Shown here: positions 39,323 through 51,733 of the stretch, piece after piece
Layout of the letters: every line of letters starts with the position of its first letter
How positions within the stretch are numbered: position 1 is the first letter of the stretch
From: Rhina ancylostomus
Taxonomy: Eukaryota
NCBI GenBank assembly: GCA_030265395.1
Contig: JARFYF010000074.1
Location: 30,232,957-30,296,956 of the forward strand
DNA: 64,000 bases
Direction: 5' to 3'
The notes under the pieces: model-generated
What the model was told of the DNA's origin: nothing
The model's database searches: none
The model's input: the letters and a program-made list of their open reading frames with translations, nothing else
Position numbers and translations under genes: made by a program

Positions 39323-39959
39323 ATCACTGTAGTATTGAGAATATCAAGTCATTCAACAGGCGTACACAGAGGCTTTCCATAAGTGGTGGAAGGACTACAG
39401 CATCTCAAAATGGCCACGCATTTGTCCCATCAGTGGAAGAGAACCAACAAAACTGGAATGGAAACAAGTCATCTTTGAACTTTGTTAAAGAAAGTTGCAC
39501 TTTCTGTAGTCATTTTCAGGTGAAGATGTTGCTGGTGTGGCAGGAGTTATAGACTTGGTAACTTCAGGCTTCTGAACATGGGATCATAAATTATTGGTTG
39601 ATGCTGTTTATCATGTTGTTAGCTGATGCTGAGTGAAAGAAAGACCTCCCCTTGAGTAAGATTGATTTTTAATAATGCAAAAGGCCTCAGGCCCTCAAAC
39701 AAAATGTTATTTAAATGGTGGCTCAGGTCATTTTTTTTAATGTGCCTTTACAGCTGCCAAATTCTTGACCTATATATTTATAAACATCTGGATGTTAGAT
39801 TGCATGGCACCATCCTTTTATTTACTAAGTGATTTGATCTCACTAAAAGGTTGNNNNNNNNNNNNNNNNNNNNNNNNNNNNNNNNNNNNNNNNNNNNNNN
39901 NNNNNNNNNNNNNNNNNNNNNNNNNNNNNNNNNNNNNNNNNNNNNNNNNNNNNAAAAGG

Positions 39960-41740
39960 TTGGTCATTGAGGAAAATTGTTAACTCTGCAAGTTCCACAA
40001 AGTTTGTGATTTTCAGACAGAATCAGCATGGTTTAATGAAAGAGTAATTGTGTTTGACACATTTTCTGGAGTTCTGTGAAGATGTAACAAATAGAGTGGG
40101 TAAAAGGGAACCCAGTAGCTATGGTATATTTGGATATCCTGAGGCATTTGATAAGATGCCATTTAAAAGTTCACTGCATTAGGTAGAGTACAATTTGGGA
40201 CAAGATAATTGACGTGGATATGGGGAGTGACTAACAGATCATGGGCAGGATATATGGGTCATTTTGGATTGGCAATAAATAGTGGGGTGCCACAGGTCTC
40301 AATGTTTATAATCTGTAATACTGACTTGGATGAAGGGACTGAGTGCACTGTAGCCAACTTTGCTCTTGCTATAAAGAGTTAGCAAGATGTCAGTTGGACA
40401 CTGCCTGCAAGGGAATATAGATTGGTTTAGTGTGGAGGCAAGAAGATGGAGCATATTATTACATAAATGGATTAAGGTGGTAAGATTATAAAATATTGTG
40501 ATACCAAAGGGATGTGCAGGTTCTAGTACATGAAACTGTAATGCTGAGGCTTTATAAAGTGTTGGTCAGACCACATTTGGAGTATCGTGAGCAGTTTTGG
40601 GCCCCATATCTAAGGAAGGATGTGTTGGCGTTGGAGAGGTTCCAGAGGAGGTTTCTGAGAATGATCCTGGGAATGAAAAGGTTAACATATGAGGAGTGTT
40701 TGGCTCTGGGCCTGTACTCTCTGGAGTTTAGAAGGATGAAGTGGGGGAGGGNNNNNNNNNNNNNNNNNNNNNNNNNNNNNNNNNNNNNNNNNNNNNNNNN
40801 NNNNNNNNNNNNNNNNNNNNNNNNNNNNNNNNNNNNNNNNNNNNNNNNNNNNNNNNNNNNNNNNNNNNNNNNNNNNNNNNNNNNNNNNNNNNNNAAGGAC
40901 ATCCCTTTAGAACAGATGAGGAGGGATTTCTGTAGCCAGAGGGTGGTGAATCTGTGGAATTCATTGCCACAGATGACTGTGGAGGGTATATTTGAAGTGG
41001 AAGTTAATAGGTTATTGATTAGTAAGGGTGTCAAATGTTACGGGGAGAAGGCAGGGGAATGGGGTTGAGAGGGAAAAATAAATCGGCCGTGATCGGATGG
41101 CAGAGCAGAGTCAATGGGCCAAATGGCCTAATTCTGCTCCGATGCCTTAAGGAAACAAAAAGTTAGTAAGTCTCTGCAGCAAGTAATTAGGAAAGCTATT
41201 GGAATGTTGGCTTTGATTGCAAGAGGCATGTAGTTTTGATGCAACTTTACAGACACTGGTAATGCCTGGAATACTGCATACAGTTTTGGTTCCATATTTA
41301 AGGCTGGATATTACTTGCATTGGAGCTAGCACAGAAAAAGTTTGTTAGGTTGATTCTTGGACTGAAGCGGTTGATGCAAGAAGGAAGGTTCAGCAAGTTG
41401 GCACCATACTTATTGGAGTATAGAGAATGAGAGTTGATCTTATTGAAACGCAAAACATTCGGAAAAGGATTCAGAGGTTGGATACTGAGAGGATGATCCT
41501 CCTAGTTGGTTTCAGAAAAACTGGTTACCCACTTGAGATAGATGAGGATTTGTTTTTCTCTTGGGGGTTGTGAACCTTTGAGATTCTCAACCCCAGAGAG
41601 CTGTGAAAATTACAAGGGGTCAAAGGGTATTGGAGAGAAAGTGGGAAAATGAGTCCAAGATTGGGTCAGACAAGATTTTATTGAATGATGGAGTAGGCTC
41701 AAGGGGATGATTGGCCTACTTCTAGGCCTGTTTCTTATTT
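39960..41740 (+). mobile_element. Old CR1 LINE (RT to tail) hosting a younger CR1
   Basis: QHGLMKE*LCLTHFLEFCEDVT, YLD..AFDKMP and SGVPQ motifs. It resumes at 41152 and ends cctgtttcttatt. Confidence 0.85.
40537..41151 (+). mobile_element. Younger 5'-truncated CR1 nested in CR1, apparent TSD GAAAC
   Basis: VMLRLYKVLVRPHLEYREQFWAPYLRKDVLALERFQRRF...SQRVVNLWNSLP. GAAAC at 40532-40536 and 41152-41156. Confidence 0.88.
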
Positions 41741-41744
41741 TATA

Positions 41745-42032
41745 GAGGCATAGAGATGTACTGCAGAGAAAACTGTCCTTCAGCCCACTGAGTCTGTGCT
41801 GAACCCATCAACTTCCCTCCGATTATACCACTCACCTACTCACAACTTATAGTGGCTGATTAACCGACTAACCAGTGTGTCTTTAGGGTCTGAAGGAAAC
41901 CAGAGTACCTGGAATAAATGCATGCAGTCACAAGGAGAGTGTGGAAATTCCACACAGACGTCACCAGGATTGAACCCCGGTCACTGGGGCTTTGAAGGGT
42001 AGCAGTTCAAATGGCCGCACATTGTGCCACCC
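41745..42032 (-). mobile_element. V-SINE (HE1-like) with CR1-type tail
   Basis: Minus strand shows head ggtggcacaatg...ggggttcaatcc and V-domain gtctgtgtggaatttccacactctcc. Confidence 0.8.
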
Positions 42033-42094
42033 TGTTCTTGATTTGCTTCCAGTTCCTCCATGAGCCTGACATGTTGTTCATGTGGGAGCCTGGA

Positions 42095-42860
42095 CGTGTG
42101 CGCAAAAAAAAAAACACTTGGACAGACTCAATCATCAGGCAGCATCTGTGGAGGCAAAAGGTGCAAGTTGACACTTTGAGTTGAGACCCTGCGTCAGTAC
42201 TGAGAGGGAAGAGGAAGGACTGTCAATGTATATTAGTATGTGGTTGTGGGGGTGGAGGGAGAGAGCAGCTCATAGGTGGAACCAGATGGAGAGGGGATGA
42301 TGGGCAGATGGAGCCAGGTGGAGGAGGGGGAATGGTAGAGGTGGACACAGGGACAAGAATACTAGGTGAAGAGCTGAGTGTGTCTGGGAAGAGATCACCG
42401 TTGGGGGGGAGGGGGTGGTGAGATGGGTTACCTGAAATTGCAAAATTCAATGTTTCAACCATTGGGTTGGAAGTTACCCAAGCAGAATATGAGGTGCTGT
42501 GCTTCCAACTTGTGTTTGTCCTCTAGCAATAGAGAAAGCTGAGGCCAGACAGGTCAGTGTCAGAGTGGGAAGGACAGTTAAAGTGACATGCAACCAGAAG
42601 CTCAATATGGCAGCTGAAGACAGAGTGCAGGTGTTCTGCAAAACAGTCGCTTAGTCTACAACTTGGCTTCACCAATGTAGAGGAGGCCCCATCATGAGCA
42701 CTGAAAGCAGGAGACCAGGTGGGTAGAGGTGCAGGTCAACCTCTGCCTCACCTGAATGGGCTCTTTCGGTCCCTGGATGGTGGGCCTGCAAGAGATAGAC
42801 GGGTTCATCTTGCACCTTCTATGTTTGCAGGAGGAATGTGCCAGGGTTACCCAGTGTCCA
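42095..42860 (-). mobile_element. Penelope-like element: GIY-YIG endonuclease, 3' UTR and degenerate hammerhead (42167-42200)
   Basis: CKHRRCK..PTIQGPKEPIQVRQRLTCTSTHLVSCFQCS*WGLLYIGEAK..LSDCFAEHLHSV, a pyrimidine-rich UTR, and CTGACGCAGGGTCTCAACTCAAAG. Confidence 0.88.
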
Positions 42861-43809
42861 AGAGCACTTGGATAATTTTTGGACCTCACTTATTTGGCCC
42901 CTGGACAGAGCAGTCTACTTGTGCATAAGCCAGTGTTCAAAGTGATCTGAGAGGCCTGATTTGTTACAGGGATCCTGCCTGAACAAGCTCCTGGCTTTGG
43001 AGTCCTGCCCTTAGAAATTTCCACAGGTATATAATTTTTATTTAAATACTTATACATCGGGATGGTTCTTTTATGCTCACCTCTGATTGTGACCTACTCC
43101 CCCAAATCAAGACCACTGCCTGACTGCCTTTGATCACAAACTGCTCATTTTACATCTCTTCCCTCCGGTTCCTCCCTTCCCCGATGATTGACCATCTACT
43201 GCACATGAAAGAAATGCCTTTCAGTATGATAAGCCTTCAGTTGTGCTGCAGAAATTTGCTTTGGTGACCTCTGTTCACTTTCATGCGAGCTCTGCTCCAT
43301 TAACTCTCCTGAAGAATGTCATTTAGATTTCTATTTTGGATTTTAATTTGCTGTTGGCTGCCTGTCTTTTTCTTAACTTCACTCTGCCTCCAATAGTAGC
43401 TTGTTAATCTGTTCCTGAAAAGATAATTTCTTTATAAACAGAATTTCTATATCGCTGCTAATGCTCATCCACTGTGGGAATGGAACCTTTCTTTCATTTT
43501 GGGTGAAAGATCTTGGTTGCTTGTTAAACTCAGAACTGATGGTGTTTAATAATGAATCGGTCACCAATCTGGAGCAGATTTTCCACATAATTAATGGGCT
43601 TATGGCTGATCTGATTGAAATTGAAAGAAATTTATGCTGTGAGCTGGTGTCCACTCAGAATGGAGTTGTAATCTTTGCTATTAGAATTAGAATTGTTTTT
43701 TTTATAATCCATTTATGTTTCCTATAGAAATAAATCAGTCAGATAACTAACTTTTTATATTAAACTTATTGATCACAATAATAAAGCAAATATAACTCTG
43801 ATATTTTAA

Positions 43810-44772
43810 TTTGTCCACTGGTTTTGTTACTGGCAAGGCCTGTTCCTAATTGCCCTTGAAATTTGTGCTGAGCAACCACCTTGAATTGTTGCAGCTTGGG
43901 TGTTGAAGGAATTCCTATATTGCTGTTGGGTAGGTAGTCCCAGGATTTGACCTGGTAAAGGATCAAAGATATTTTCAAGTGTGTTAATTAGAAGGGATTT
44001 TGTATAGACATAGTAGTGTAGCGGTTAGCGTAATGCTTTACAGTGGCAGCGAACTGGGTTCAATTCCAGCCGCTGTCTGTAAGGAGTTTGTAGTTCTCCC
44101 TGTGTCTGTGTGGGTTTCCTCCCACATTCCAAAGACATGCGGGTTAGGAAGCTGTGGGCATGCTATGTTGGTGCCGGAAGTGTGGTGACACTTGCGGGCT
44201 GCCCCCAAAATACTACGCAAAGAAGATGCATTTCACTATGTTTTGATGTACATGTGATCAATAAAGATATCTTATCACAGTGCACTGCTGCCCTTAAGTT
44301 TCCATGTGGTAGATGTTATAGATTGAAAGATGGTGTCAAAGCAGTCTTGGTGAGTTGTTATAGTGCGTCTCACAATTGCTATACACTTCAACTATGATGT
44401 GCTGGTGGTGAAAGAGTGAGCTTTTAAGGGGCTACAATAGATACTAATTTATTAGGTTATACTTGATGTTGTTGATCATCTTGAACATTATTGAAATGGC
44501 TCTTTAGGCAAGTAAAGGATATCCCATCACACTCCTGACTTGTGCATCCCAGCCAGGAAGTAACTTTGTAGGTCACTTGTTGTAGAAAACCATTCTATTG
44601 CTTTGCTCTTTTGAAGCCGTCATATTTCGTGCAGCAGGTCAATGGTGAGCTCCAGGATGCTGATACTATGGAGTTCAGCAACGGAAATGCTGTTCATTGT
44701 TAAGGGCATCGGATTAGACTTTCTCTTGTTGGCGACGTTTATTGTTAGGCACTTAGGTGGCAAGCAATGACT
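43810..44772 (-). mobile_element. CR1/L2-group LINE 3' part, split by a SINE
   Basis: Reverse complement of catcacactcctgacttgtgc gives AQVRSVM. Tail ...caagggcaattaggaacagg. Same family as 9020-9275 and 60770-61395. Confidence 0.7.
44007..44276 (+). mobile_element. Young V-SINE with non-CR1 tail
   Basis: A box tagtgtagcggttagcg, B box ggttcaattcc (44057-44067), V-domain, and tail tgcatttcactatgttttgatgtacatgtgatcaataaagatatc. Several CpGs are retained. Confidence 0.9.
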
Positions 44773-45855
44773 ATTACATAATTTCATTTTGTTGATTTTT
44801 CTATTTGACTGGAATGCTAAGGTTAAAAAATTTTATTTGAAGCAATGTTTTAAATTGCTTAGAAAATAACCCCCTATAACTGGAGTACATGCACGCTTGC
44901 ACCAAATGTTCTCCAAGCAGCTTTAGGATAATTGTTTAAGCATCTACAGATGTTCTAAGTATAGATACAATGAATTGGTTTCACTCTAAGTGAATTGATC
45001 ATATTCTGCTTTCAAAGTTATTGATGATTTTCTGAACTATAATTGATATTTATCCAGTCAATTGGATACTTGCCACCAATCTTTTACATACTCCAGATAA
45101 TAAAGACTGCTGCAAATATACAACACCATAGACTTTTTTAATAGTATGAATAAACCAGATATTTTTAACTTGGTAATAAAAGACCAGATTGTTAGTTCTT
45201 CATATTCAGATTTCTGTTGAGAATAGCTTTTGATTTCTACAAGCCATGTATAAACTCTGTAGATTGTTGCATTTTAGCAAAATGTATTTCCCATTCACAG
45301 CCTGCTAACTGTTGGCATATTATTAAATGAGTGCTGTGGCACTCACACAGCTTATTGCTGCACTCCACATGAAATTATGAAACAGCTGAGAGAACGCTGC
45401 ACTGAAGATTGTGGGCTCTGTAAAAGTCCCAGCTGTAATCTTGAGGCCATAAGTCCCTCTGGTCAAACTGTTTCTGTACTGCATTCACATGTGCATAAAA
45501 ATCTGAGTCTTAGTTTATGTTCTACCCCTAGATAAATGGGGTAAATCTAACCAATCCAATTAATAACCGAACAACTTCCTCAGTTCTTTAGTAAACTGAT
45601 CAAAACAGTGTTATCAAGCAACACTCATTTATGCCATGTTCATCAATTCATGGTTGGAGTTCTGCCAAACCACTTGGCTCTGAATGTTATCAATGCCTTG
45701 ACTAAATCACGGCCAGAAGAGCTAAATGTCAGAAGAAAAACGAGAAGAGATGCCTTTGATACTCAACACAAGTGTTTGGAGTCACTCCAGATGAGAAGGA
45801 AATTAGTTGTTGTTGCTGGAGATCAATGACATCAGTTCTGAAACCTGCACTGCTA

Positions 45856-46372
45856 AAGTACATCTTTGCTCCATCCGCTGCAAAAGCCAGGATCTCCCGG
45901 TGGTTAGCCACTTCAATTCTACATCCTACTCCCAAACTGACATGTCTATCCATGGCCACCTCCACTGCCATGTTGAGGCCAGATGCAAGTTGGAGGAACA
46001 ACACCTGATATTCCACCTTGGTAGTCTCCAACCTGACGGCCATCTATTCCCCACCCCTTTGTTCCATGATCCACTGCCCTTTCCTACCAGATTCTTCCTC
46101 CTCTAGCCATTTGCCTCTTCTACCTATCACCTCTCAGCTTCTTAAATCCCTCCCCCTCCCACCTACCTTTCCCCCCCCCCCCCCATCACCTGGACTTGCT
46201 TATCTGCCAGCCTGTGCTCCTCCCCCCTCACCTGACTACCTTATTCTGGCTTCTGTCCTCTTCCTTTCCGGTCCTGATGAAGGGTCTTGACCTGAAATGT
46301 CGACCTGTTTATTTCCTTCCATAGATGCTGCCAGACCTGCTGAGTTCCTCCAGCACTTTTTTGTGTGTGTTG
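45856..46372 (+). mobile_element. Penelope-like element 3' end: GIY-YIG C-terminus, UTR, hammerhead, tail
   Basis: HLCSIRCKSQDLPVVSHFNSTSYSQTDMSIHGHLHCHVEARCKLEEQHLIFHLGSLQPDG, the PLE endonuclease end (xxHF...RxxxE...LxPxG). Confidence 0.9.
46270..46305 (+). ncRNA. Minimal type I hammerhead ribozyme motif (PLE-associated)
   Basis: Stem I GGTC(46270-73)/GACC(46302-05), core CTGATGA(46274-80) plus an extra A, stem II GGGTC-tt-GACCT, GAAA(46294-97), then T-GTC with predicted cleavage after C46301. Confidence 0.8.
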
Positions 46373-46749
46373 TCTCACATCTATTCACTCCTTGATAGAT
46401 TCATCTGTCAGTGCCCTTGGCTATGCTTTGTGCTTCCTAACTTTCTGTTTTCACCAAGTATTGGTGGTTCTTATGGGACCCACTGACTCACCAACCCATT
46501 GTGCTCTCTTCAGACTGCCTTTTTCCCCGGTATTGGTTAAGTGCCTGCCTTGACCACCAGAGAACTCTCCTGCTGCTAGATACTTAGATGTCCCTTTCAC
46601 AACATTTGCAAACTGGTCAGTATTCTTCTCCTACTGCAATCCTCCCCAACCCCATTCCTCACTCCTCCCCATTCTGCCATCTATTGTCAGACTGATCTCT
46701 CCTGCTTTACTGTGATGCAGCAAGTGTGTGGTGCACTTCATCGGGTGGG

Positions 46750-47302
46750 GTGGGACATCATGTAACAGCTGTACAGCACCATTAGTGAGACTGCACCTGA
46801 AATATTGGGTGCAGTTTGGTCACTATGCTGTACAAAGGATGTTATTAAGATAGAGAGGGTGCAGAAAAGATTCACAAGGACGTTGATGGGACTGGAGGGC
46901 TTGAGTTATGAGGAGAGACTGGATAGGCTGGGACTGTTTTCCCTGGAGCAAAAGAGGATGAGGGGTGACCTTAAAGAGGTGTATAAAATCATGAGGGTCA
47001 TGGATAAGGTGGATGGCACAGTTCTAGAGTAGGGGAGTCTAAAACTAGAGGACATAGGTTGAAAGGCGAGAGGAGAAAGATTTTCCACACAAGGTGGTGG
47101 GTATATAGAATGAGCTGTCAGAGGAAGTGGTAGAGGCGGGTCCAATTACATCATTTAAAAGACATTTGGTTAGGTTCATGTATGGGAAAGGTTTCGAGGG
47201 ATATGGGTCAAATGCAGGCAAATGGGACTAACTGAGGAAGGAACCTCAGTCGGCGTGGACAAGTTGGGCCATAGAGCCTGTTTCTGTGCCGTCAAACTCT
47301 GA
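46750..47302 (+). mobile_element. CR1 (HER1-like) LINE 3' end
   Basis: KDVIKIERVQKRFTRTLMGLEGLSYEERLDRLGLFSLEQKRMRGDLKEVYKIMR and tail gcctgtttctgtgcc. Confidence 0.93.
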
Positions 47303-49872
47303 CCCAGAATCATTGGTCCTGACTGTCCTGCAGCAACCTGTCAGTTGAGCAGCTTCTGGGGCCCTTACCTCACCACCCCCCCCCCCCCCCAGCTGATTTG
47401 CCTGGATAGCTATGTATTTAAATAATTTTCCCCAGCAAACCCCCAATCTTCAGGTAATTTTTTTTCAGTGAAATTTGATCTGTGTTTAATTAACTTTCCC
47501 AATGAAACCACTGTTTTAAATTCATTTTATTGGCTGAACTCAGGTGTTTATTTAATTAAATGTGTAAAGGCCTTTTCAATTTATTAATCTTGTATGTATT
47601 TATTTTTGTCAAATTTGTCCCTGATCTCTTTAATTCATTTTGCTAACTTGGTAACATTTCTCCCGATTAATTGTGAACTGTTTTAAATCCATGGTTCGCT
47701 GAGCTTCATTGATTAAGTTTTCTCTTGCATTTTATATTTGGAAATGACTTGCATTTTTGGGTTATTGTGCATTCAATCAAATACCTTTTGGAGTGGCTGT
47801 CCTTCCCTCTTTCCTAAGGTCTGACACTTTCTCATCACTTATTGTCTATTTTTCCTTCAATTGGCTCTCCCGAGTCTTCTTGATATCTTCCTGATTTCCT
47901 GGTCTCCCTTTCCCATCTTAACCAGTGGAATTTGCTTTCTCTTTGCTGCTGGAATTAAGGAATTTTTGGGACCTGATGATTTTTTTTTAGAAGTCCATTT
48001 AATTTTATNNNNNNNNNNNNNNNNNNNNNNNNNNNNNNNNNNNNNNNNNNNNNNNNNNNNNNNNNNNNNNNNNNNNNNNNNNNNNNNNNNNNNNNNNNNN
48101 NNNNNNNNTTTTATCTTTTGTCTCCCTTTGTATTGTGTTTTAATCACGATGGAAAGAAATTATATCAGATGAATGAATAATGTAGGACCTGGAAAGATTC
48201 TTAGATAGAAGGGAAATGTCAAATGGCAGTAGGTAGTTGTCCAAAACAAAGTGATCGATATATAATTAATTTATAATTAAAATTAATTAACTTTTAGCCA
48301 CATAAAGTGAATAATCATCTGCCGCTGACTTTCTAAAATTGGTCCCTTTGGAACTTGCTAGAGTGTTTTAGTTTTTGTTGTACATTTCCAATGGGGTTGA
48401 TCACAAAGGATCTACTAGCTCTGTTTCCTTATTTGGTTTGCAGAGTTCACTACGCGAGGATGATGACTGTTATTCTGAAAATCATTTAGATGGGACTCCA
48501 TCTAGTAAAAGCAGAATTACAGCTCATGACAACATGCTTAATCTTTGAGTTCTAGAATTACTTGTTATTTGAATTTGTCCAAATCTCTCTGTTTAATAAT
48601 ATGTTATTACCACATTTTAAGACATTTTGGCTTAGTTGGGCTTCATTGCTGCCCATTGTCTGGGCATTCATTGGTGTGCATGCATGCATATCTTTAATAC
48701 ATTTTACACCAAATGCCATGTTCAGATAGAGAATAGCTCAAATGTTGCTTGTACATGCCAGAAGAATGCATAATAGGCAGATCATCATTTCAGTCCTCAT
48801 CAGCGCTGTGTTGAGGTCAGAACTGCAGCTAACATGGTGTTTAATGGCAGGAGGAATCTACTCCTACCACCACCTGCATTAATCAAAAGGGCCTGATTTA
48901 GATTTGTTGGTGATTGATTGATTGGAAGGATAAGCAGTTGTGGAAGGATGTTGCTTTTGGAAGAATGAAGTAATATCACAGCTCAAGTTAGACTGAACCT
49001 TAGCTTAAATCAATTGGTGATGATGACCCCTAGGTATTTTCAGGTTGGTGCAGGACATGCATTGCTTAGGAGAGATAATGGAGGCTCCAATTTTCAGGAG
49101 AGTAGAATTCAACTGAATCAGCAGAAAACACATGCACATGGATTCTCAAGGATTGAGAACTTCTGAAAGGTGCAGCAGCCGTCAACTGCACTTGCATCAC
49201 CTGTGGCCCACTGTATTAATATCCGGCAGCATTCAAATACTAGAAAGCACTTCCCTTCCTCAAGCTTCAGTGGTCTGCGATCATTTGCAAAAGATCTTGA
49301 CAACCTTTGGCTGATACCTGGGATGTAGTCATGACTCATTCTGCAATAGAACAATGTGCCTTCTGTACTCAAGTCATCACATCAAACTCAAGAAATGCAA
49401 ATTACGTTTAGATCATTATGGGAATTGAAATAAGGACAGGATCACACATGGGACTGATGGAGAGAGAGGTGATCTACAAATTTCAATATCTTTTCAAAGA
49501 ATGACAATCATACTGGTAAAGTTCATTGACATAGAGGTTGTTTGGCAATGCATTTAAAAACTAATCTCCTCTTGATCACATAAACTGTAATTTTTTCATC
49601 TTCCCTTTAAGTACCACAGGTTTGCTTCCTTCTAGTGATAAGTGTGTAGATTTCATGTGGAAAGTCCAGTGCAGCACAGCATGTGGAGGAGCAGGAATAG
49701 AATGTTATTAACAACCACTTCGGGATTGCCATGTTTAACATTGTCATCAATTTCATTCTGTGTTGGAATGCATGGGCAGCCTTATTATTTTAATTACAGG
49801 AAATCCCAAACCAATAACGCATAGTAAATCTAAGAGTGGTGCGTCATGCTAATTCTGTGGAATAGAGTGGAT

Positions 49873-50052
49873 CAACAAACAGTCTGCTGGAGAAACTCTG
49901 GGTCAAGCAGCATTTGTCAGAGGAAAGAAATTGTTGATGCTTTGTGTCGAGACCCTGCATCAGGACTGAGGTCTGCAGATGCTGGTCGACCCACTGAGTT
50001 CCTCCAGCAGATTGTTTGTTGTTCCAGATTCCAGCATCTGCAGTGTCTTGTC
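49873..50052. mobile_element. Short PLE-derived fold-back element with minus-strand hammerhead-like motif (49933-49966)
   Basis: caacaaacagtctgctggag... is inverted against ...ctccagcagattgtttgttg. The centre on the minus strand reads GTC-CTGATGCA-GGGTCTCGACAC-AAAG-CATC-AAC. Confidence 0.8.
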
Positions 50053-50419
50053 TTCATTGTGAGGATTGTTTGGTAATTAAAAGTGCAAGTTGAATTACTA
50101 ATACACAAATTGTTTGGTAGTAAATGTGAAAGAATGCAGGCCAGGGTGCTGTTTTCTGAATCTCACTTTGGAGGTATTTTACATAATTCAATCCTGCAAT
50201 AATGCAAGGATGCCTCCAGATTCCTGTTTCTCTCCTGAGTTTGAATCACTCATACATGCTGTAGAAATAGGTGACTATAACCATTAATGCCACTAGCTAA
50301 TTCTGTAGTGCAATTGGAGAGAAGTGGTGTTAATCAGTTCTATTAGCATTTGGTAACTCTCAAATGCTGTATTTACCAGGAATGATAAAGAACAGAGGCA
50401 AATAACCTAATGTATTACC

Positions 50420-50790
50420 AATTTCTACATGATGGCAGTTTTCCCCAGGGCTTCAGGTGCTATCGATTGCTCTCAATGTGTCCTTAGTGTTCTGGTAATC
50501 TATATCACTTCAACATTCAAAAATAAACTGTTTTACATCATCAAGGTTTGATTAGTTTGACGACAAGCAGGTTCTTGAAGGCTGAACTTGTCAACATGTA
50601 TCACAATACTTGGATAGTCTTGTATTTCAGCTAACTTTCAAAGTAACGGCAAAGGCTTTTGTGCTTTTCCATGATTCATGGCATCATTTTGACGACTTGC
50701 CAATTCAACAGAAATGAACATAAAACCAGAACTTTGTATTGTGAAAACTATAAGGTGCAGTCTGCAACTTCTGCAGAACGTTGCAATCCA
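50420..50790 (+). mobile_element. PIF/Harbinger transposase fossil, heavily deleted
   Basis: Motifs in order: FYMMAVFPRASGAIDCSQ, NKLFYIIKV*LV, GKGFCAFP*FMASF, QFNRNEHKTR, LLQNVAI. Confidence 0.6.
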
Positions 50791-51579
50791 ATTCAATGCT
50801 CAGCCTAACAAAGGAGTGGAGGAGGAGGTGCAAATACACCAAGAGAAATGAAGATTAGGCATTGCGAGAGGAATGAATGCATCAACTGGCACAATTAAAA
50901 GGATGCCGATTGCTCAGCACACCTTTATTGAAGTGCACCTTTATTGCACTGTTTATCAATGCAGACTTCATTACATAGAGAATTCCAAGTTCAACTTAAC
51001 TTCATCTGATCTCTCTAGCAGTAGAAGCAGGAGAACACAAATCACCACAATCATCACAGGAAAACACAAATTAGTAATAACATGCAGTCTAACAGTATGT
51101 TTACTTGTTTTCCAAAAGTCACAAAGGCCAACAGAAATATCAAGTGCTCTTTTATAATAACTCTTCAGCTTCTAACCACCCAAACATTTTTCAGTTTTCT
51201 CAACTCTGAACCCAGGATACAGATTGTGGATATTTTCTCAGAAGATCCATGTCCCTCTTGGGATGAAGGCGGTGGATCTGTTAAGTCCTGAAATTAACCC
51301 AAAAATAACACTCTGCTGCGATATGCAGCTCTCTCACCTGGTAACAAAACATTGACAGCCCATATTCGGTGGGGGAACAAGTTTAGTGGCGGTACTAAAA
51401 TCCCTCAAACAGAAGTAGACTTTAGTAGGTGATGTAATCTAAAATGCTCTGAATTCTCAAGAGTGCAGCTTGCATCGATTGCTCTGTATGGTTCCTGCAG
51501 GTTGGCAGACGATAGGCCATCATCCTGGTTGGGATTGACCTAATGCTTTCTTGTTAAGAATCAGACAGGTTATTGGAAC

Positions 51580-51733
51580 TAATTCTCCCAGCCTGGTTGT
51601 ACTTCAGGTGATGGTATTTTTGCCATTTTTTGAAAATTCTTCATTTCTTTAGGTTCCTGAGATCCACGTCTGATCTGGCAGACTGATGCAGCTTTCTTTG
51701 CTCAAGTCTCAGAAGTTGCAGTCTTTACTTCTT
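51580..51733 (+). repeat. About 155-bp direct repeat, copy 1
   Basis: Near-identical to 52857-53012. Confidence 0.92.

Noticed and set aside
44007-44075. tRNA genes at SINE heads (also 54234 and 60845)
   Set aside because: The A and B boxes run straight into the V-SINE domain. These are tRNA-derived SINE promoters, not tRNA genes.
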